Notes: generated by a model not told the origin, from the letters alone. A DNA stretch of 64,000 bases from an uncultured Eubacteriales bacterium (GCA_964419515.1 CAYQPJ010000008.1:33-64032), one strand, 5' to 3'. Counted from the stretch's first letter, positions 1-9,131 are shown. Numbers and translations are program-made.

Positions 1-188
1 GGGCGATTTTTAATCGCCCGCGTTCGCCGCAATGCGCGACATTTGTCGCGCAAATGCAAAATTCAAAATGCAGAATGCAGAATCTCGGAAATCGCCGAAG
101 GCGATTTGATTTATAAAGCCTACGGCGGTTGGGTAATACAACGTAGGGGCGATTTTTAATCGCCCGCGTGTTCACCGTAGGTGAACAC
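1..188. repeat. Train of six short perfect hairpins, with an exact 22-nt direct repeat (gggcgatttttaatcgcccgcg) at 1-22 and 147-168
   Basis: Read directly: GGGCGATT/AATCGCCC (1-19 and 147-165), GCGCGACA/TGTCGCGC (34-51), AAATCGCC/GGCGATTT (89-107), CCTACG/CGTAGG (119-147), GTGTTCACC/GGTGAACAC (168-188). No ORF. The array is cut by the window edge. Confidence 0.8.
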
Positions 189-212
189 AATCAACTTTTT
201 AATTGTCGGGTT

Positions 213-247
213 TCAGAAATTCTGAATTTCTGAATTTCTGAATTTCT
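213..247. repeat. Tandem 8-nt repeat (tctgaatt x3 plus a partial unit) preceded by the palindrome cagaaattctg
   Basis: Units at 221-228, 229-236 and 237-244, with a partial unit at 245-247. Palindrome CAGAA-a-TTCTG at 214-224. Confidence 0.8.
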
Positions 248-395
248 TACAATTTATATTACGCACTTTTTTATTGAAAAATAATGTGATATTCAAAAAG
301 TATGATAAATAAATTCTGTGTGTGGAGCGCTTTTCGGAATATTCCCTTCTCCTTTGCCGATACTAAGTAAAAATATCGGTAAAGGAGTTTTTTCT

Positions 396-830
396 GTGAT
401 TGAAAATGACACAATAAGGCTTTTGAGAGAATGCGATTCGGGCGTTAATATGGGTGTTTCGTCTATTTCTCAGGTGATTGATGAGGTTGAAAACGAGGCT
501 TTTAAAGAGAAGCTTTCAAGGTGTAAAAGCACTCACGAGAAATTGAAGCTTGAAATTGACGAGCTTCTTTGCGAATATCACGATGACGGTAAAAAGCCGA
601 ATCCCCTTGTGAAGGGTATGTCGTGGGTGAAAACCGCCGCAGGGATGTCTCTTGACGATTCCGACGAAATAATAGCCTCTCTCATGACGGACGGGTGCAA
701 TATGGGTGTAAAGTCGCTTACAAAATATCTTAATGAGTACGAGGCTGCCGATGAAAAATCAAAGCGTGTTGCAAAAAAGCTTATTAAATCCGAGGAGGAT
801 TTAATTGAGGATATGAAGGAATATTTGTAA
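396..830 (+). CDS. Hypothetical protein, helical and acidic, about 144 aa
   Basis: ORF 318-830. GTG at 396 lies 8 nt after the RBS aaaggag (381-387), so the shorter start is preferred. I recognised no family motif. Confidence 0.5.
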   Translation: MIENDTIRLLRECDSGVNMGVSSISQVIDEVENEAFKEKLSRCKSTHEKLKLEIDELLCEYHDDGKKPNPLVKGMSWVKTAAGMSLDDSDEIIASLMTDGCNMGVKSLTKYLNEYEAADEKSKRVAKKLIKSEEDLIEDMKEYL

Positions 831-863
831 CCCCACTTTCTCTTTTATAACACTCTTTTTATG

Positions 864-892
864 TTGCTTTTTTGAGGCGAAGGCTGTATAAT
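864..892 (+). promoter_or_regulatory. Candidate sigma-70 promoter for the ABC exporter / deo gene string
   Basis: TTGCTT (864-869), 17-nt spacer, TATAAT (887-892), about 70 nt upstream of ATG 963. Confidence 0.45.
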
Positions 893-962
893 GAATACAG
901 AAGAAATTTTTGTATTTAAAAAGCTAAGCGCATAAAATGTGCTTTGTCTTTCGGGGTGAAAA

Positions 963-2723
963 ATGGCAGATAAAAAGAGAAAAAGCTCGTCTAAAAGATT
1001 AATAAAAATATTTTTGCCGTATTACAAAAGGCACATAGGCACAATGGTATTTGACCTTTTTTGCGCGGCGCTTACAACACTTGCCGAAATAGTTTTGCCT
1101 ATGATGGTAAGGCTTATAACAAATAACGCAACCGAGAATATTTCCGCGCTTACGCCGAAGCTTATATTAAGTGTAGGCGGCGTTTACGTACTTCTTCGCG
1201 TTGTGGATGCCGTTGCGTATTATTATATGTCGTCTGTAGGTCATATTATGGGTACAAAAATAGAAACCGAAATGCGCGCCGATATGTTTGCTCACCTTGA
1301 AAAGCTTTCGTTTTCGTTTTATGACGACACAAAGGTCGGCACGCTTATGTCGCGTATTACAAACGACCTTTTTGAAATTACGGAGTTTGCACATCATTGC
1401 CCCGAGGAATTTTTTATTGCGGGAATAAAAATTACGGCGGCATTTGTAATTTTGTCGTTTATGAATGTGCCGCTTACCTTAATTATGTTTGCGGTTATTC
1501 CCGTTATGATTGTAATTCTTTCAAGCTTTAACCACAGATTCAGAACCGCCATGCGTGAGTCGCGCGTTATTATAGGCGAATTGAACAGTCAAACCGAGGA
1601 CTCACTTCTCGGAATTCGCGTTGTAAAGTCGTTTGCAAATGAAAAAACGGAGGAAGAAAAATTTGCGAGAGGCAACAAAAGCTACCTTGGCATAAAAAGC
1701 AAGATGTACAGATATATGGGCTCGTTTAACTCTCTTAACAGGGTTTTCGAGGGCGTTATGTATATTGTTGTTGTAATAGCCGGTGCATTTTTTCTTATTA
1801 AAGAAAAAATTACTCCCGCTGATTACGTTGCTTATTTAATGTATGCCTCGGTGCTTCTTACCGCAATTAAGCGAATTGTTGAGTTTGCGGAGCAGTTTCA
1901 GCGGGGAATGACGGGCATTGAGCGCTTTGAGGAAATAATGAGCACAGAGCCGGATATTAAGGATAAGGCGGGTGCAAAGGAGCTTTGCGTTACAGAGGGT
2001 GTTATTGATTTTGAAAATGTTTCGTTTTCATACGGCAAGGAATCGGAAAATGTGTTATCAAATATAAAGCTCAATATAAAAAGCGGCGAAAACGTAGCGC
2101 TTGTGGGACCTTCCGGCGGCGGAAAAACAACGCTTTGCAGTCTTATTCCGCGTTTTTATGAGGCAACGGGCGGTAGTGTTAAAATAGACGGCACCGATAT
2201 TAAGGATGTCACCTTGAAATCGTTAAGAGAAAGTATAGGCGTTGTTCAGCAGGAGGTTTACCTTTTTGCGGGAACAATAAGGGAAAACATCGCTTACGGC
2301 AAAAAGAACGCTTCGTTTGAAGAGATTGAAGAGGCGGCGCGTCTTTCGGGGGCAAAGGAGTTTATTGAAAGGCTTCCCGACGGCTACGACACATATATAG
2401 GCGAGCGCGGCGTTAAGCTCTCCGGTGGGCAAAAACAAAGGCTCAGCATTGCGCGTGTATTTTTGAAAAATCCGAAAATACTTATACTCGATGAGGCGAC
2501 GAGCGCACTTGATAACGAGAGCGAGCATTTTGTTCAAAAGTCTCTTGAAGTGCTTTCAAAGGGCAGAACGACGCTTACGGTTGCACACAGGCTTACAACA
2601 ATTAAAAATGCCGACAGAATTCTTGTTGTTACCGAGAACGGTATAGAGGAAAGCGGTACGCATAAGGAGCTTTTGGAAAAAGACGGTATTTATACGAGGA
2701 TGTACGAAATGTACTCAATATAA
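963..2723 (+). CDS. ABC transporter permease/ATP-binding protein (type I exporter, MsbA/LmrA-like half transporter)
   Basis: N-terminal six-TM domain. Walker A GPSGGGKTT, signature LSGGQKQRLSIAR, Walker B ILILDEATSALD, H-loop AHRL. RBS ggggtga precedes the ATG. Confidence 0.9.
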   Translation: MADKKRKSSSKRLIKIFLPYYKRHIGTMVFDLFCAALTTLAEIVLPMMVRLITNNATENISALTPKLILSVGGVYVLLRVVDAVAYYYMSSVGHIMGTKIETEMRADMFAHLEKLSFSFYDDTKVGTLMSRITNDLFEITEFAHHCPEEFFIAGIKITAAFVILSFMNVPLTLIMFAVIPVMIVILSSFNHRFRTAMRESRVIIGELNSQTEDSLLGIRVVKSFANEKTEEEKFARGNKSYLGIKSKMYRYMGSFNSLNRVFEGVMYIVVVIAGAFFLIKEKITPADYVAYLMYASVLLTAIKRIVEFAEQFQRGMTGIERFEEIMSTEPDIKDKAGAKELCVTEGVIDFENVSFSYGKESENVLSNIKLNIKSGENVALVGPSGGGKTTLCSLIPRFYEATGGSVKIDGTDIKDVTLKSLRESIGVVQQEVYLFAGTIRENIAYGKKNASFEEIEEAARLSGAKEFIERLPDGYDTYIGERGVKLSGGQKQRLSIARVFLKNPKILILDEATSALDNESEHFVQKSLEVLSKGRTTLTVAHRLTTIKNADRILVVTENGIEESGTHKELLEKDGIYTRMYEMYSI

Positions 2724-2750
2724 ATTTTAAAATCGAAAGGCGGTCATTTT

Positions 2751-3494
2751 ATGAATTATCCGACACCACACATTAACGCAAAGCCCGAGGATTTCGGAAA
2801 AACCGTGCTTATGCCCGGCGACCCGTTGCGTTCAAAATTTATTGCCGAAAACTTTCTTGAAAACGCACGCCTTGTAAATAATGTTCGCGGCGTTCAGGGC
2901 TATACGGGCACATATAACGGCACAACCGTTTCTGTTATGGCCTCGGGTATGGGTATGCCTTCAATCGGAATTTACAGCTACGAGCTTTTTAACTTTTTCG
3001 GAGTTGAAAACATTATTCGCGTCGGCTCGGCCGGAGGTATGTGCGACAGAGTAAAAATTCGCGATATTATATTAGCCGAGGGGGCTTGTACAAATTCAAA
3101 TTACGCTCATAATTTCGGCTTTCCGGGAACGTTTGCGCCTATAGCAAGCTTTGACCTTTTAAAAAGCGCTGCACAAATTGCCGAAAGAGACGGGCTCTCT
3201 TACGTTGTGGGCAATGTGCTTTCCTCGGATACGTTTTATAACGATGAGGCAAATCTTCCCGAGAGTATGCGCTCAACTCCGCAATGGGCAAAAATGGGCG
3301 TGCTTTCCGTTGAAATGGAGGCGGCGGCACTTTATATGAACGCCGCAAGAGCAAACAAAAACGCACTTGCGATTTTAACCGTTTCAGACCACCTTTTAAC
3401 GGGAGAGTCGCTTTCTTCCGAGGAAAGACAAAATTCATTTACCGAAATGATGAAGCTTGCGCTTGACATAGCTTCGGAAAAGGGGAATAAGTAA
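2751..3494 (+). CDS. deoD: Purine nucleoside phosphorylase, DeoD type
   Basis: N-terminus TPHINAKPEDFGKTVLMPGDPLRSKFIAE, then SVMASGMGMPSIGIYSYEL and VEMEAAALY; typical hexameric PNP. Confidence 0.9.
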   Translation: MNYPTPHINAKPEDFGKTVLMPGDPLRSKFIAENFLENARLVNNVRGVQGYTGTYNGTTVSVMASGMGMPSIGIYSYELFNFFGVENIIRVGSAGGMCDRVKIRDIILAEGACTNSNYAHNFGFPGTFAPIASFDLLKSAAQIAERDGLSYVVGNVLSSDTFYNDEANLPESMRSTPQWAKMGVLSVEMEAAALYMNAARANKNALAILTVSDHLLTGESLSSEERQNSFTEMMKLALDIASEKGNK

Positions 3495-4627
3495 TGAACA
3501 AACGCGTTTTTCTTATAGTGCTTGACAGCTGCGGTATAGGTGAAGCGCCCGATGCTGCCGATTTCGGCGATGCGGGCTGCAGTACAATAAGAAGTATATC
3601 GCGCTCGGAGTATTTTAAAATAGACAATCTTAAAAAATTGGGCTACACCTATATTGACGGGCTGTCATTTTTAGGTGATGGCGAGCTTAGTTCGTGTGTT
3701 GCAAGGCTTTGCGAAAAATCGCGCGGCAAGGACACAACAATAGGTCATTGGGAAATAGCGGGTGTTGTTTCAAAAAAGCCGCTTCCAACATTTCCGAACG
3801 GCTTTCCCGAAGAGCTTCTTTTGGAGCTTTCAAAAAGAACCGGCAGGGGAGTTTTGTGTAACAAGCCGTATTCGGGTACGGATGTAATTCGCGATTACGG
3901 AAAGGAGCACCTTAAAACGGGTGACCTTATTGTATATACCTCCGCAGACAGCGTTTTTCAAATTGCCGCGCATGAGAGCCTTGTGCCGCCGGAAAAGCTT
4001 TACGAATATTGCCGTGTTGCGCGCGAGCTTTTAACGGGCGAATACGGTGTGGGAAGGGTTATTGCAAGACCCTTTGAAGGTGAGTATCCGTTTAAAAGAA
4101 CCTCGCACCGTCACGACTTTTCACTTGAGCCGCCGAAAAGCACAATGCTTGACGAGCTGAAGGAAAAAGGCTTTGATGTTTTGGCTGTGGGCAAAATTCA
4201 CGATATTTTCGCAGGACGAGGTATTACCGATTTTGTTTTTACAGAGGGCAACACAGACGGTATGAAAAAAACGCTTGAATATCAAAGAAAGGCTTTTAAC
4301 GGTCTTTGCTTTATAAATCTTGTTGATTTTGATATGCTTTACGGTCATCGACAGGACCCCGACGGCTACGCAAAAGCGCTTGCGGAGTTCGACTCTTGGC
4401 TACCCGCCTTTTTAAAGGGAATGCGTGATGATGATTATCTTATAATAACCGCAGACCACGGCTGTGACCCTGCCGATAACAGCACCGACCACACACGTGA
4501 ATATGTGCCGTTTGTTTTGTACGGGAAGCACGTTAAGCCGCAAAATCTCGGTACAATAGAGGGCTTTGACTTTATTGCGAGGACTGTTAAAAATATACTT
4601 TCAGGTGACGGTGAGGTTGCTGTATGA
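3494..4627 (+). CDS. deoB: Phosphopentomutase
   Basis: RVFLIVLDSCGIGEAPDA, DTTIGHWEIAG and ITADHGCDP motifs of the alkaline-phosphatase-superfamily DeoB. Its start overlaps the deoD stop. Confidence 0.9.
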   Translation: MNKRVFLIVLDSCGIGEAPDAADFGDAGCSTIRSISRSEYFKIDNLKKLGYTYIDGLSFLGDGELSSCVARLCEKSRGKDTTIGHWEIAGVVSKKPLPTFPNGFPEELLLELSKRTGRGVLCNKPYSGTDVIRDYGKEHLKTGDLIVYTSADSVFQIAAHESLVPPEKLYEYCRVARELLTGEYGVGRVIARPFEGEYPFKRTSHRHDFSLEPPKSTMLDELKEKGFDVLAVGKIHDIFAGRGITDFVFTEGNTDGMKKTLEYQRKAFNGLCFINLVDFDMLYGHRQDPDGYAKALAEFDSWLPAFLKGMRDDDYLIITADHGCDPADNSTDHTREYVPFVLYGKHVKPQNLGTIEGFDFIARTVKNILSGDGEVAV

Positions 4628-5031
4628 TAGAAAAAGAGCTTGCCGTTTCGGCGATTAATGCAATGAAAAATGCGTATGCGCCGTATTCGGGCTTTAAGGT
4701 GGGGGCGGCGCTTCTTTGTAAGGACGGTACCGTTTATACGGGCTGTAATATCGAAAATGCATCGTTTACACCGACGGTTTGTGCCGAAAGAACCGCATTT
4801 TTTAAGGCAGTAAGTGAGGGCAAAAGAGAATTTTTGAAAATTGCCGTTGTAGGCGGAAAAAACGGCGTTCCCTCGGGCTTTGCCGCTCCGTGCGGTGTTT
4901 GCAGGCAGGTTATGCGTGAATTTTGCTCCGATGATTTTGAAATAATTTTCGTAAAAGATGAAAACACGTTTGAAAAGCATACGCTTTCGGAGCTTTTGCC
5001 GCATTCTTTCTTGTCCGATAATCTTTTATAA
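4624..5031 (+). CDS. cdd: Cytidine deaminase
   Basis: Zinc motifs CAERTA and PCGVCRQ, about 135 aa. 4-nt overlap with deoB. Confidence 0.9.
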   Translation: MIEKELAVSAINAMKNAYAPYSGFKVGAALLCKDGTVYTGCNIENASFTPTVCAERTAFFKAVSEGKREFLKIAVVGGKNGVPSGFAAPCGVCRQVMREFCSDDFEIIFVKDENTFEKHTLSELLPHSFLSDNLL

Positions 5032-5044
5032 ATGAGGTTTCTTT

Positions 5045-6346
5045 ATGAGAATGTACGATATTATAAAGAAAAAGCGTGACGGAAAAGAGCTTTGCGAGGA
5101 GGAAATACGTTTTTTCGTGAACGGCTATACGAACGGCTCCGTGCCGGACTATCAGGCGGCGGCGCTTTGTATGGCTGTTTATTTTAACGGAATGACCGAA
5201 AAAGAAACAGCCTGTCTTACGCTTTGCATGGCCCATTCCGGAGACACGGTGGATCTTTCCGAATTCGGTACAAGCACTGTGGATAAGCACAGTACGGGCG
5301 GTGTCGGCGATAAAACAACGCTTATTGTGGCGCCGACGGTTGCTTCATTGGGTTGCGTTATTGCAAAAATGTCGGGGAGAGGCTTGGGTCACACCGGCGG
5401 TACGGTGGATAAGCTTGAGTCTATTGAGGGCTTTAACACCTCTCTTTCACCGGAACGCTTTTTTAAGCAGGTTGAAGCTATAGGCATTGCCGTTATAGGT
5501 CAGACAGGCAACCTTACACCTGCCGACAAAAAGCTTTATGCCTTAAGAGATGTTACGGCTACAGTGGACAGCGTTCCGCTTATTGCCTCAAGCATAATGA
5601 GCAAAAAGCTTGCCGCAGGCTCTCACACAATAGTTCTTGATGTAAAATACGGCTCGGGAGCATTTATGAAAACACCCGAGGCGGCAGAGGAGCTTGCGCG
5701 TGAAATGGTGCGCATAGGAAATAATTGCGGTAGAAGTGTTGCCGCACTTATAACCGATATGGCAAAGCCCTTGGGCAAAAATATAGGCAACTCACTTGAG
5801 GTTATTGAGGCTGTTGAGGTTTTAAAGGGCGCGGGTCCCGATGACTTGAGGGAGGTTTCGCTTTCGCTCGCAGCCGAAATTGTTTCGCTCTCAAGGGGTA
5901 TTGACGAAAAGTCGGCGCGAAGCCTTGCAGAGGAGGCAATAGCAAGCGGTAAAGCTTATAAAAAGCTTCTTGAATGGGTAGAGCATCAGGGCGGAAATGT
6001 TGAGTGGATAAAAAATACGGAGCTTTTTCCGAAGGCGAGGTACAGTCGTGATATTCTTTCCGAGGAAGAGGGCTATATATCCTTTATGGATTCGGAAGCA
6101 ATAGGTACAGCCTCTGTAATGCTCGGCGCAGGAAGAGAGAAAAAGGGTGACTCAATAGATATGAGCGCGGGGCTTCGCGTGGAAAAGAAAACAGGCGATT
6201 ATGTAAAAAAAGGCGATGTTCTCGCAACGCTTTATTCTTCAAGTGAGGCTCTTTTTGAAAACGCCGTAAAAAAATATCTCGGCGCATTAAGCTTTTCTCA
6301 TAATAAGCCCGAGCACACACCCGAGGTTTACAGTATAGTCAAATAA
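5045..6346 (+). CDS. pdp: Pyrimidine-nucleoside (thymidine) phosphorylase
   Basis: MRMYDIIKKKRDG, DKHSTGGVGDKTTL and SGRGLGHTGGTVDKLESI are the signature of the family. Confidence 0.9.
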   Translation: MRMYDIIKKKRDGKELCEEEIRFFVNGYTNGSVPDYQAAALCMAVYFNGMTEKETACLTLCMAHSGDTVDLSEFGTSTVDKHSTGGVGDKTTLIVAPTVASLGCVIAKMSGRGLGHTGGTVDKLESIEGFNTSLSPERFFKQVEAIGIAVIGQTGNLTPADKKLYALRDVTATVDSVPLIASSIMSKKLAAGSHTIVLDVKYGSGAFMKTPEAAEELAREMVRIGNNCGRSVAALITDMAKPLGKNIGNSLEVIEAVEVLKGAGPDDLREVSLSLAAEIVSLSRGIDEKSARSLAEEAIASGKAYKKLLEWVEHQGGNVEWIKNTELFPKARYSRDILSEEEGYISFMDSEAIGTASVMLGAGREKKGDSIDMSAGLRVEKKTGDYVKKGDVLATLYSSSEALFENAVKKYLGALSFSHNKPEHTPEVYSIVK

Positions 6347-6512
6347 AGTGTTATATAAAGGGTGCGAGAGCTACGCGTTTTCGTGCCCTTTACATTGTAA
6401 AATGTGTTTTATTTTAAAGAAAATTTATATTAAAGCATTGCAATTTTATTATGTGTGTAATATAATCAATTTAAAATAAATTGTGAGTTTTTTCAGCTCA
6501 AGGAGACCTGTT

Positions 6513-7394
6513 ATGAACGGATATGTAAGCAAGCTTTACGATATAGACTGTGCAATAATTCCGGAGGAGCTTCTTAATGCTCGGGTCGAAGCCGAGCAGC
6601 TTGACGGTATGCTCGAGGCGCTTTCTCTTCGTTATGCCAAAAGCAGTGAGGTGCCCGTTGCGCAAAAGGGCGATATTTTGTATTGCGATTCAAAAAGCTA
6701 TTCCGATAAAAGAGATGTAATAGTTTATACCGGTGTTGCTCTTTTCGGTGCCGAAAAAGCAGCGGAGGACGGCGTGGGAAAAGCCGTTGGCGAGGGATTT
6801 TCAACGATGCTTTTTGACAGCGAGGTTACACTTAAGGTTAAAAGGATTATTCACCGTGACCCCGCTGTAATCAATGATGAGTTTATTGCCTCACTTAATA
6901 TTCCCGGTGCCGCAACGGTAGCCGAGTATCGAAAGCAGCTTGAAAATGAGGCGCTCAAAAACAAGAAAACCGAAAGTAAAAAAATGATTGGCGGCTTTTT
7001 GCTTAAAGAGCTTGCAAACGGTTGCGAGTTTGTTTACGATGAAAACGAGCTTAAGGAATATGCCGAGGAGTATTTAAGTGAAATGCTTAAAATGTATCCC
7101 GAGGAGCTTGCCGGCGAAGATCCCGAGCAGCTTAAGGAGAGCATTGCTTTACAGCAAAAGGAGACTTGGGCAATTAAGGCATTTTGTGAAAAGAAGGGTA
7201 TTAAACCCGATTTTGAAGAGGCGAAGGCCGAGGTTTCGAGAATACTTGAAATGGCAGCGCTCACCGGTGAAGATATACCCTCCGAGGATGAGTTATTGGA
7301 CTCCGAAATTTCAAGAATGTATTTTACCGAGTTTTTTGAATATGCCGAGGCTTTTGCGGAGAAAAGGATGGATGAGTTTAATGGCAACAATTGA
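6513..7394 (+). CDS. Trigger-factor-like protein (degenerate FKBP-like region plus C-terminal arm domain, no ribosome-binding N-domain)
   Basis: ATG 6513 follows the RBS aaggaga. The segment QKGD...LFGAE...VTLKVKRI...INDEFIASL...TVAEYRKQLENE resembles the middle and C-terminal parts of trigger factor. The similarity was judged by eye only. Confidence 0.4.
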   Translation: MNGYVSKLYDIDCAIIPEELLNARVEAEQLDGMLEALSLRYAKSSEVPVAQKGDILYCDSKSYSDKRDVIVYTGVALFGAEKAAEDGVGKAVGEGFSTMLFDSEVTLKVKRIIHRDPAVINDEFIASLNIPGAATVAEYRKQLENEALKNKKTESKKMIGGFLLKELANGCEFVYDENELKEYAEEYLSEMLKMYPEELAGEDPEQLKESIALQQKETWAIKAFCEKKGIKPDFEEAKAEVSRILEMAALTGEDIPSEDELLDSEISRMYFTEFFEYAEAFAEKRMDEFNGNN

Positions 7395-7698
7395 ATTAAA
7401 AAACGGTGAATATAAAGATTTCAGAAAAAAAGACTTTGCCGTAATAGATTGCTACGGTGACTTTTGCTCTGCTTGCGTTATGCTTGCACCCGTTTTTGAC
7501 GGCGTTTCCGATGAATTGTTCGGTGTTGATTTCGGAAGAGTAAACGTTACAAGCTTCCCTGAGATTGCCGATGAATACGGCATAGATGCGCTTCCGACGC
7601 TTCTCTTTTTCAGAAAGGGCGAGCTTGTTAATAAAGCAATAGGCAGTATGGAGCGCGAGGGGCTTTTGGAGCTTATGTCGGAGCTTTTGTATAAATAA
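7381..7698 (+). CDS. Thioredoxin-fold protein with an atypical CSAC active site
   Basis: VIDCYGDFCSACVMLAPVF aligns with the WCGPC region of thioredoxin; cis-Pro region IDALPTLLFFRKGE. The start overlaps the upstream gene by 14 nt. It is the C-terminal 105 aa of track ORF 7078-7698. Confidence 0.8.
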   Translation: MATIELKNGEYKDFRKKDFAVIDCYGDFCSACVMLAPVFDGVSDELFGVDFGRVNVTSFPEIADEYGIDALPTLLFFRKGELVNKAIGSMEREGLLELMSELLYK

Positions 7699-7712
7699 AG
7701 GAGGCTTTTTAA

Positions 7713-7913
7713 ATGGCTAAGGTTCGTTTTAACAGCGATCCCGAGGTTGTGGCGCGAGTTAAAGAGGGCTTAAAGCGTACAGGCGGCTACTGTCCCTGCC
7801 GCACCGAAACTAAGCCCGAGTATAAATGTGTTTGCGAAGAGTTTAAGGAACAGATTAAAGACCCCGAGTTTGAGGGCTACTGTCACTGTAAGCTCTATTA
7901 CAAAGAAAAATAA
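7713..7913 (+). CDS. Ferredoxin-thioredoxin reductase catalytic-subunit-like protein (minimal, 66 aa)
   Basis: V..V.EGLKRTGGYCPCR ... CVCEEF ... GYCHCKLY gives the CPC / CxC / CHC triad characteristic of the FTR catalytic chain, with non-canonical spacing (x9, x15). Confidence 0.6.
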   Translation: MAKVRFNSDPEVVARVKEGLKRTGGYCPCRTETKPEYKCVCEEFKEQIKDPEFEGYCHCKLYYKEK

Positions 7914-7934
7914 ATCTTGAAAGGAAGATTATTT

Positions 7935-9023
7935 ATGAAAAAATTAATTTCTGCTGTTCTTGTTGTTATTATGGTTTTGTCATTTGCCGGCTGCTCGCTT
8001 TTCAGTGACAATTCCGTAGTAAAGCTCGGCGACTATTACACCCACAGTGACCCGGACTCTCTTGAGTACGACGAAAGAATACCCCTTTTGGGTAAAACCT
8101 TCGGCGAAGGGCTTGAGGATTATGCAAGCGCTGCGGCATATCCGGACAATATGGTGTATGATGATGCCGGTAATATGATAGGAATGTACGATTACGACGA
8201 GTCGACGGGTATTGCCAAGGGTTATACAAAGCTCGAAGACGGTACATATGTTGCATTCCCCGCGGGTGAAGAGGTTAATCTCGGTAAGCCCGACCCCTCA
8301 AAAATGGTTGACATTCCCGAGGGTGTCGCAATGGGCGGTGTTGTTTACGGCAACAAGGGCAAGGCTGTTGAAGCGTACCTTTACATATTCCTTCCCGATG
8401 CTTCTGCAAGCGAGGTTGTTTTAGGTGCTGTAGCCGATGTTTACGGACTTGAATTTACAAAGACCTCGGATACCGTTTACAGCTGTGTGCTTGATTCCGC
8501 TGCCATTGAAGCTGAGTTTGACGCTTTGGCAAATGCCGGTCAAACCGTTCTTTCGAGAAGCGCCGAGAGCTATGCCGAGCTTCTTATGAGTAGCTACGGC
8601 ATTGTAGAGTATAAGGGTGAAAACGCTTATAAGCCCTTTGAGGATTACGAGGATCCGACTGACGTTGAGTTTGACGAAAAGGTTGTTCTTGTAGGTAACG
8701 GTGAATATGCGGTTTATGAGGAATACGTAGCCGACCTTTCAACACTCACGGATGTCCTTTACGGCAAGGACGGTAAAATGGTTGCACATTACACATATTA
8801 TACCTGCACCTCTAAGGATGCCGCCGACCATCTTATGGGCTTTGTTGACGGAATGAACAATGTTGTTCGTGTTTCCGATACAGTTATAAGTGTTTCGGAA
8901 TCCGGAGATATTCTCAATAGCACAATCGCATCATATATAGGCTATAATGTTCTTAATGACGATTCAGTTAAGGACTTTACGAGAATGATAGAGGAAAGCT
9001 TCTTCTCTGTTGTTTGTAGTTGA
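7935..9023 (+). CDS. Lipoprotein, function unknown
   Basis: Signal peptide MKKLISAVLVVIMVLSFAGCS with lipobox L-S-F-A-G-C. ATG 7935 follows the RBS aaaggaag. Confidence 0.7.
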   Translation: MKKLISAVLVVIMVLSFAGCSLFSDNSVVKLGDYYTHSDPDSLEYDERIPLLGKTFGEGLEDYASAAAYPDNMVYDDAGNMIGMYDYDESTGIAKGYTKLEDGTYVAFPAGEEVNLGKPDPSKMVDIPEGVAMGGVVYGNKGKAVEAYLYIFLPDASASEVVLGAVADVYGLEFTKTSDTVYSCVLDSAAIEAEFDALANAGQTVLSRSAESYAELLMSSYGIVEYKGENAYKPFEDYEDPTDVEFDEKVVLVGNGEYAVYEEYVADLSTLTDVLYGKDGKMVAHYTYYTCTSKDAADHLMGFVDGMNNVVRVSDTVISVSESGDILNSTIASYIGYNVLNDDSVKDFTRMIEESFFSVVCS

Positions 9024-9061
9024 TTTTTAATTTAGATTTACGGATAATACTTTTTAAAACG

Positions 9062-9098
9062 CCGGACGGGTGCCAAGCAACGTGAGGCATCCGTTCGG
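9062..9098 (+). terminator. Candidate terminator hairpin after the lipoprotein gene
   Basis: CCGGACGGGTGCC / GGCATCCGTTCGG forms a 13-bp stem (two G-U pairs), followed by tgcttattatt. Confidence 0.4.
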
Positions 9099-9131
9099 TG
9101 CTTATTATTCCTAAAATTTGGGGGAAGCCTT

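Noticed and set aside
213-247. Possible CRISPR or other spaced-repeat array
   Set aside because: The 8-nt units are directly tandem with no spacers, and only about three and a half copies are present. No cas genes occur anywhere in the window.
4435-5004. 189-aa minus-strand ORF opposite cdd/deoB, and similar antisense ORFs (for example 19789-20340, 16630-16929, 60234-60662)
   Set aside because: Each is embedded in a strongly supported sense gene, has a biased Arg/Lys/Cys-rich composition, and lacks translation signals.
7078-7380. N-terminal 100 aa of track ORF 7078-7698
   Set aside because: This part is out of frame within the trigger-factor-like gene and has an Arg/Lys-rich nonsense composition. 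The thioredoxin fold begins at ATG 7381.
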